Shown piece after piece: positions 48,969 through 64,000 of a stretch of 64,000 bases of DNA (the first letter of the stretch is position 1; each line of letters starts with the position of its first letter). This DNA comes from Callorhinchus milii. Its lineage: Eukaryota. The position numbers and the translations under genes were made by a program. The notes beneath the pieces are model-generated. The model was not told the DNA's origin and searched no databases. It saw nothing but the letters and a program-made list of their open reading frames with translations. The stretch is from contig NW_024704742.1 in the NCBI RefSeq assembly GCF_018977255.1, positions 115,136,001 through 115,200,000 on the forward strand, in the 5' to 3' direction.

Positions 48969-49346
48969 CAATAATAATCCTTGCATTTGTCTTGTCATGT
49001 CTTTGAGACGTTTCAAAGCGCTTCACAGAATATACTGTAAAGTGAATTCACTGTACACTGTAAAGTATATACTGTAAAGCGAGAGACCTGGGTTCAATTC
49101 CTGGCAGGGTGAAACCTTAGGCAAGTTTCTTTACTCCACACGCCTGATAATAATCCCTCAAGAAAAAAAAAGAAAATTAGTCACTTCAATCCACGACTGT
49201 TTATGGGACACTGCTGTGCGCAATTGGCTGCCGCATTTCACCCACAAATACACAGTCAATTCACTTTACGGTCTATTCTGTGAAGCGCTTTGAGACATCT
49301 AGAAGACGTGAAAAGTGCTATCAAATGCAAGGATTATTTTTATTAT
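48969..49346. mobile_element. Inverted pair of tRNA-SINE pieces (minus-strand tail 48969-49055; plus-strand copy ~49078-49346)
   Basis: The same family tail is present in both orientations. Confidence 0.8.
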
Positions 49347-49962
49347 ATTTTGTGGTCAAGCCTCCTATTTTATAAGCAACTGTGGTCACTTGTCATTTTC
49401 ACAAGGCAAATGATTACTAAACCTTTACTTTTTCCGTCTGAGTTTCACATGACTTACTGTGAAGTTTAGTGGACTCAGTGGTTTGTAGGTGAACACTTAA
49501 CGCCATAGCCAATAAACATCTGCTCTTTTATTCAGGTGCTATTAAAACGATAAACTCTTGTGATGTTTGTAAAATCTCACAACTATTGTATGACAGTTTG
49601 CCTCTACAATAAAATTTGCTGCTCAGGCTAAAAAAAAACACATCAACGTACAATTCAAATTTCAGTGTGAATGTGTCCCTGGACACAGGTCATTCCGCCT
49701 GAAATAAGACTCCAGAGCTTTTTTTTTGTGTAGTTTTGCTTTCCGTTGAGAAATATTTCTCACCTTCCCGAGGACACACCTGCTCGAGCCCTTCTCTCGT
49801 TGGTTTTGCAAACGTGTAAATTGTGGGGTCAAGACAACAAACGCCAACAACAACAACAACAACAAAAAAAGGTGCTTTTCTGCAGACTTTCTCTCCGGCT
49901 GGGAAAAGGTCAATCAAAACACGGATGTGTTGGCAGTAAGTTGCTGTGAATGTAAGTTGCTG

Positions 49963-50199
49963 TTTTCCTTACTCCACACAGAGCCTAATAATAATCCCTC
50001 CAAAAAACAAAAACAATAATAAATTGGTCATTTTCAATCTACAACTGTTTGTGGGACATTGCTGTGCGCAATTGGCTGCCGCGTTCGCCCACAAATATAC
50101 AGTCAATTCACTTTACAGTGTGTTCTGTGAAGCGCTTTGGGACGTCCTCCCGACGTGAAAAGCGCTATATCAAATGCAAGGATTATTATTATTATTATA
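49963..50199 (+). mobile_element. 5'-truncated tRNA-SINE abutting the SMN promoter
   Basis: Body and tail of the family; the tail loop is L2-type GGGACGTCCTCCCGACGTG. Confidence 0.85.
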
Positions 50200-50369
50200 G
50201 GATTAATGGTTTGTCGGTTGACATGGCGACGCCCTGACCGACCGACCGACCGACACCCCCCTCGCCCAGGCACCGGGCGTCGCTTTGCGATGACGCAATC
50301 GCGCCCCTCCCCCCCCCCCGGGTTAAAGCGCGGCCGTCGGAGCGCGTACGCTAAAGTGGTCGCGGTGTG
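50200..50369 (+). promoter_or_regulatory. SMN1: SMN CpG-island promoter
   Basis: Dense CpG immediately upstream of exon 1; YY1-like ACATGGCG (50221) and CRE/ATF-like TGACGCAA (50291). Confidence 0.6.
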
Positions 50370-58128
<7,759 letters not shown>

Positions 58129-59164
58129 ACAAGTGGGCTCTGAGAGTTTGTTAGAATGGTGAGTTTCTCAGTATTTAGCAGATGAACAATGACAAAGTGG
58201 TTATGTTTCTTTTCACAACTCTGCCAGTTTTGCCAATAAGATTACAGATAGTATAAAACTCTTTCAATAGTATCAGTCTAGTGGGTTGCCAAGTAACTCA
58301 AGATGTAGATGCACAGCTTGCCATATGGATTAGAAAAGTCGGTGGCTTGCTGTTTACTGGGATAGATTATCTTAAGAAGGGGGGCAGTAGGGCCACTACC
58401 CATCCTTTGGCTTCGGGGTGGGAAAAGTGAGAGAAAATAAGTATTTCCTTAATATTCCCACTAATTCCCCAACTGGCAAATGTGCACACACAAATCAGGT
58501 GAGGATTATAACTCCTATTTATAATATAATGTCACTTAGATGAGATACAGAATGCTACTGTGCTCATGTTACCCTAGCACAAAACACATTTCCAGAGCTT
58601 TCCTGGACCGCAGTGGCAAAATCAAATGCAGCTTAAAAGGGAAGATTATATTCATATTAATATGAACAAAGTTTATGTAGTTGTGGAGCATTAAAATCAA
58701 TTCAGATTGAAGAGTGAGAGTGTAAACCGAGTTTGGAAAATTTTCAACTTGCTTTAATGAACATGAGTTCACAATATAAAATTTACCAACAATAAATATT
58801 AATTTTTAAATCTATAAGTGTTCTAGGGTGGAGATAAGATACAATATTTAGGAAGAGTAGAGGGAGTTTTACTCAGGAACTAGCCCTTTGAGGCACCTGA
58901 CTGAGGAACACTTGATGAGTAAGCTGAATGTTACAAGTGTAAATATCTCATCCCTTGTTTTGGCGAATGCAAATTTTCATGAAATGTTGCTTACGAGTGT
59001 TTCTGTTCAAGTTATATACATAACTAAATAATTGCTATCATTGTGACTGCAGTTTTGAATTAGCTGGAAAATAGGATGACTTATTTAAATTTGTTCTAGA
59101 GTTCTATGGGTATTATATTTGAAAACTGAAACTTGTAACTAATTACATTTTCCCTCTTTTGCAG

Positions 59165-59330
59165 GTGGATCTTTATCTCCCAAGGAGAGAGTGTAACAAT
59201 TTTGATACAGATAAAGTGAAGTAGAATGTCAAATCTGTACGAATAAACCATTAGTGTGTTCTTGAGAATTCTTTGTATTGACTAAATACTTTTTATCAAC
59301 TTGTGAATAAAATTTTTTTTCTGTTTTGAC
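59165..59330 (+). other. SMN1: SMN terminal exon (exon 8 equivalent) with poly(A) signals
   Basis: Polypyrimidine tract plus GCAG| acceptor at 59164; AATAAA at 59242 and 59306; upstream donor ATG|GTGAGT at 58158/58159 lies 30 nt after the stop codon. Confidence 0.7.
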
Positions 59331-60233
59331 ATCTTGCCTTTTACATTCTGTAGGAATTATTTGGTGTAAAATGGGTGAGTGGAAGGAGAAGAAAGGCACA
59401 AAATGCAGTTCAGAGTTTTTAAACTATTTCAGTTTATAGCCCAATTAATATATTTATCTACACTCAGTTAGGAAACAGTAACCACTGGATTTCTAGCTTT
59501 AAAATAGTACTCACTAAGTGTGTGCTTTTTTAATCTGACATCCAAATTAATGAAGGGTAAAATAAATAGTAAATTGAGCAGGTTTATTAGGATAAAGGCT
59601 TGCAATTGTAACCATGCTTTTTTGCCCCTTTAGGTGGAAGGTAGAGAGAAAAAAACAATAACAAAATTGGACACTTCAATCCATGACTGTTTGTGGGACA
59701 CTGCTGCGCAATTCGCTGCCGCGTTTCACCCACAAATGTACAGTCAATGCACTTTACAGTATATTCTGTGAAGAGCTTTGAGATGTCTTGAAGACGTGTA
59801 AAGCGCTATATCAAATGCAAGGATTATTATTATAAGTTTGCTTGTGATTGGTTGTAGATGGTGTGAAAGAAATACTGCCTTTTCTATTTTAAGAAAAGCC
59901 ACTCCACAGTGTGAAACTCATATAGATCAGAAATTTATTTTCTTCGGTCTTCTGAGTTGGCTGATCTAAACTGGAGGCAGCAACGTATAATCTCGCAACT
60001 GGAGCAAGACATCATAACAATTAGCCTTGGTTAGGCAGGAGAAAAAAAGGACGCCCAATTGCTATCTCGTGATTCCTGCTGCTAAGTAAGTTTGGAAGAG
60101 AATGGATCAGGCCAACACTCATTGCCAAGGCTTGCCAGTGATATCGATTGGGTAAGTTAGCAGTGGGTACCCTTTGAACTATACCACATTATGGAATCAA
60201 TAGCTTCAAAGCACTTGAAAGAATACTGTCGCT

Positions 60234-60418
60234 CAGTGGTAGCCAACGTTTATGGTCGTCCAACAAAATAAATTTTCTTGATTGAATATTTCTCGATTTA
60301 TGCCGTAAATCAAGAAATATTCAATCAAGAAAAACAACAACGAGTACTTACCTGGACTCCTGCGGATGCTCGGGGGCCGTTTCATGACGGCCCGCGGGCC
60401 ACAGGTTGGCCACCACTG
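60234..60418. mobile_element. hAT-like MITE with an internal 28-bp-arm hairpin
   Basis: TIRs CAGTGGTAGCCAAC and GTTGGCCACCACTG (13/14); TSD not preserved. Confidence 0.65.
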
Positions 60419-60599
60419 CTCTGATAACTACAACAACAACTTGTGTTTATATACTGTTATGTGGGGCAGTGTCTCGGAGCGCTGAAACATAGTCTTACTT
60501 ATCCCAATGGCATTTCTCGTTGCTAACAAATTATATATTTCCAACTGGAATTTGAAAGTGAAGTTACAACATAACCCGCTGTGACCCTACATTGCTGCC

Positions 60600-61250
60600 G
60601 CTTTAAACACATTAACGTCATTGGTGCAAGAGCGTGCGCCACAAAGCTCCCTGGGAGTTGTAGTTCGGTGGTTCCGCCGTTGCCCGGCAGGAGGCGCCGG
60701 GCAGGACTGCAACTCCCGTGATGCCGCGGTGGTGGTGGGGGAAGACGGGAGGTGGGGCGCGCTGGCTTGTGGGACGGGGTGACGTGAGGGAGGGGGAGGA
60801 GTAGCGGCAGGAGGGACGCTGTGGGTCTGAGGTGAAGAGAGAGAGAGAGAGAGCCGCGGGGCCGCGCCAGGCCAGGCCGGGCTGGGCTGGGCTGTGAGGC
60901 CGGGGAGAGCTCGGCTCAGGCTGCACTGACAGCAGCAGCACGTGTGTGGCAGGTACTGGCGGGGCGGGGCGGGCCGGGCCCGGGGGGTGGGGGAGCGCCG
61001 GGGCCGAGGCCGAGGCCGGCTCTGGCGTTGTCACTGTGCCGTTTACCAGCTTCACTCACCCCGGGGGTGTGACCGAGGCCTGGCTCGGCTCGGCTCGGCC
61101 ACCGCTGCCCTCAGGTGTAACCCGAGAGCCCCGAGCAGGTCACCAGCGGACACGGTGTCACGGACCACGTCCCCCATCCCCTCCGCGGTGTTGTACCCGC
61201 ACCAGCCGCCGCCACTCACTGCTCCTGTAAACACTGCAGTTTCACTGCTC
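60600..61250 (+). promoter_or_regulatory. CpG island promoter and first exon of an unidentified downstream gene
   Basis: Very GC/CpG-rich; two ZNF143/Staf-type motifs (GGGAGTTGTAGT 60653-60664 and ACTGCAACTCCC 60706-60717); GTGACGT; donor CAG|GTACTG at 60952/60953. Confidence 0.7.
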
Positions 61251-62181
61251 CACTTAATTACTAACAGTTCACTCCAGGACAGTTCTCAGGCCTCTGCTGT
61301 TTAATTTGGTTTCTCTGGTACTACAGGGGATATAATAATAATAATAATAACCCTTGCTTTTGATATATCAAATGCAAGGCTTATTATTATTATTAACCCT
61401 ATTATTATTATTAACCCTTGCTTTTGATATAGCGCCTTATCATGTCGTTGAGACGTGGCAAAGCTCTTCATATGCTGTAAAGTGAATTGACTGCGTATTT
61501 TCTGGGAAAAATGTGGTTTGCCAATTGCGCAAAGCTGTGTCCCACAAACAGTGGTGGGTTTTAACGTTGCTGCCTGGGGCCCTGAGCTGGGGGCGGAGGC
61601 CACAGCGGGTGGAGAGAGGTAAGATCACAGAAAGCGCGGTCAAAGAGCAACGTCTTCAGATGGCCCTTGAATGAGGTGAGGGAGGCAGCGAGGCAGATGG
61701 ACACCGGGATTTCGGGGCATCTTGTGTTACATCAATTACGGGTTTCCACAATTGAACTCTGTAACCCCAGTAATCTTGAAACCTTTGATTCTTAGCTTCA
61801 CTGGGAAATATGGCTTTCAACAGGTTAACAATTAACCCCCAGTGCTCTGTTTACAGGATTTTACATGGTTGCACACGATCTTACTAAATGCTTTGACGAG
61901 GCAGACATTATTATGCGGATCAGGAAAAAAACAATTTAAACAAGGTATCAAATTTTACATTGTCTAAAGGATTAACTGTTATCAGCTTTATCAACTCTAA
62001 AGTACGTATATGGTAATTTACCTGTTTAAACAGCTCAGTGCTTTAGTTCTTTAAAACAACAGCTGCAGACTTTAGTTGATTAGCAAAGCTTTTAAAATAC
62101 ATTGAATTTTTTTATCTTCTCACTGCTTTTTGCTATGAGTTTGTCGCTTGGGCTCATAGGGATAAAGCCTCCTCTGGCATG

Positions 62182-62468
62182 TAATAATAATAATAATCCT
62201 TGCATTTGATATAACACTTTTCACATCTTCTCGACGTCTCAAAGCGCTTCATAGAATATGCTGTAAAGTGAATTGACTGTATATTTGTGGGCGAAACGCG
62301 GCAGCCAAATTGCGCACAGCAGTGTCCCAAATTTATTTTTTTTCTTGAGGAATTATTATCAGACATGTGGAGTAAGGAAACTTGCCCAAGGTTTCGCCCT
62401 GCCTGGAATTGAACACAGGTGTCTAGCTTGCAAGGCGAGTACTCTAACCACTGAGCTATAGGACTCCA
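62182..62468 (-). mobile_element. tRNA-derived SINE, full copy
   Basis: Reverse head at ~62405-62468; (AAT)n tail at 62182. Confidence 0.88.
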
Positions 62469-63095
62469 CGTATTGGTGCTTAGTGATCGACCCTCAGTAA
62501 TGAGTTACTGTTTCTCAAACAGTTAAAAAAGTAAAAACGTTAGTTCTCCTAGAATTATCCTTTCTTATATCCAAGTTACATTAATGCTGCCAGTGATTTG
62601 AAAGCTGAAGAATGACCAGTTCAGTGAGATTCGGAAGGATTACTGTTTGGATGTGTAAAATAGCAAGAGTTAGTAATTTCAAAAAAGGAGTGCAAAAAAT
62701 TAGCACACAAAACCTTCCACTTGTCTAAGGATGTGTTGCAAGAGTTATAAGTCCCCTGCATGTGAGCTTGTGCAGGGTTTATTGATATTCTATTTTTAGG
62801 ATTTTTATTTTTATGCAACATCTCTCTCTCTCTGATCTCCACCCAGGAAGTGTGTGCCCAAATGTGAAATTAGGTGTTGGGAGTATGCTGAAGTGACATA
62901 GATTATTCCGTGCTATTGAGTAATACTGCACTCAATTCTTAACAATTAATGGTGCCTTAGAATTGCAATGAAGTTCCCTTCCTCTCCATCTCTATAAAAT
63001 TTGCTTGTACCCGAGATTCGAAAAATTATGGCAATGTATATTTTTGAATTGATGAGGGCAGGTTTATTTTGTTTCACTCTTTCTATTCCCCTCAG

Positions 63096-63232
63096 CAGCG
63101 GCCATGGCAGATGTTGATGGCAGGAATGCTGTGTATGGTTGATGTGTGATGCTGTTCACACCAACAAGCAACATTCAGACGGAATCGAAGTTACCAGAAT
63201 TTAACCTGCAGTTGATTACCGGGGAATAAATA
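63096..63232 (+). other. Candidate second exon of the unidentified gene
   Basis: Long polypyrimidine tract plus tandem CAGCAG acceptor (63093-63098); GCCATGG Kozak ATG at 63104; possible donors GT|GTATGG (~63133) or TAG|GTTAAT (63232/63233). Confidence 0.4.
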
Positions 63233-63459
63233 GGTTAATCTCAGAATATTTTTATGAATGTATTTATAAGTGTTTTATAGTAACTTGTTTTTTACTCTGA
63301 AGAATACAAATATATCTGACGTGGTGAAGGACATTATTTGCATTGGGGTGCTTCTCTTATAATTAAAAATGATAATTACTAAAACTTTGGTTTCTATGAT
63401 GCATATAGTGTGTATAAAATAAAGATGATCCTTGCTTTTGATATAACGCCTTTCACGTG

Positions 63460-63843
63460 TGGAGTCCTGGTAGCTCAGTAGTTAGAGCACTCACCTCGCA
63501 AACGAATCAAAAAGGATCTGGGTTCGATTCCCAGGCAGTGCAAAACATTGGGCAAGGTTCCTTACTCCACACGCCTCTGTTCACTTAGCAGTAAGTAGGA
63601 ACCTGGTTGTTAGTCGATTGGTGTGTTGCTTTTCTGGGAGTAATAGTCCCTTCAAAAATAAATAATGTTTTGGTCACTTATTCCACAACTGTTTGTGGGA
63701 CACTGCTGTGCGCAATTGGATGTTGCATTTCGCCCACAAAATATACAGTCGATTGACTTTACAGTATATACTGTGAAATGCTTTGAGATGTCTTGAAGAC
63801 GTGATAAGGCGCTATATCAAATGCAAGAAGTATTATTATTATT
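63460..63843 (+). mobile_element. tRNA-derived SINE, long variant with an extra central segment
   Basis: Head with GGTTCGATTCC B box; extra ~65 bp at 63576-63640; standard tail. Confidence 0.88.
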
Positions 63844-64000
63844 GAGAAGATGTCTCAAAGGGCTTCACAGGATTAATTGTAATATGCAGTAACTTGCATT
63901 TTATAATCAAATGTGGTAGCAATGTCCCATAGAAAGCCATAAAGTGAATGATCAATTCTATTTGGGGGATTTTTGCCCAGGACTCTAGGAGAAACTCCTT

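Noticed and set aside
60618..61304. Overlapping ORFs of 94-145 aa
   Set aside because: Stop-poor GC-rich promoter sequence; no recognisable domain.

Overview
Vertebrate nuclear DNA, most likely a cartilaginous fish: inferred from the shark/chimaera-type CR1 3' ends, abundant L2 LINEs and tRNA/Deu-type SINEs. Three complete spliced protein-coding genes can be assembled by hand, all on the + strand: occludin (OCLN, 8 coding exons, 7768-24702, 519 aa), TFIIH p44 (GTF2H2, 15 coding exons, 35119-45683, 393 aa) and survival motor neuron (SMN, 8 coding exons, 50370/50427-58128, 300/281 aa). The CpG-island promoter and 5' exons of an unidentified fourth gene start at about 60.6 kb. The rest is introns and transposon relics: L2 LINEs (one near full-length ORF2), a young tRNA-headed SINE sharing the L2 tail, Deu-type SINEs, CR1 fragments, hAT and Tigger-like MITEs, an unclassified repeat family, and a 1.3-kb polypyrimidine minisatellite. 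I found no wholly new protein system. The most notable observations are a second 5' splice site overlapping the SMN stop codon that would give a new C-terminus, a GC-AG intron in OCLN, no NAIP/SERF1 between GTF2H2 and SMN, a pre-miRNA-sized hairpin inside a MITE, and several cleanly resolvable nested insertions. Most ORFs in the supplied track are spurious or decayed L2 frames.
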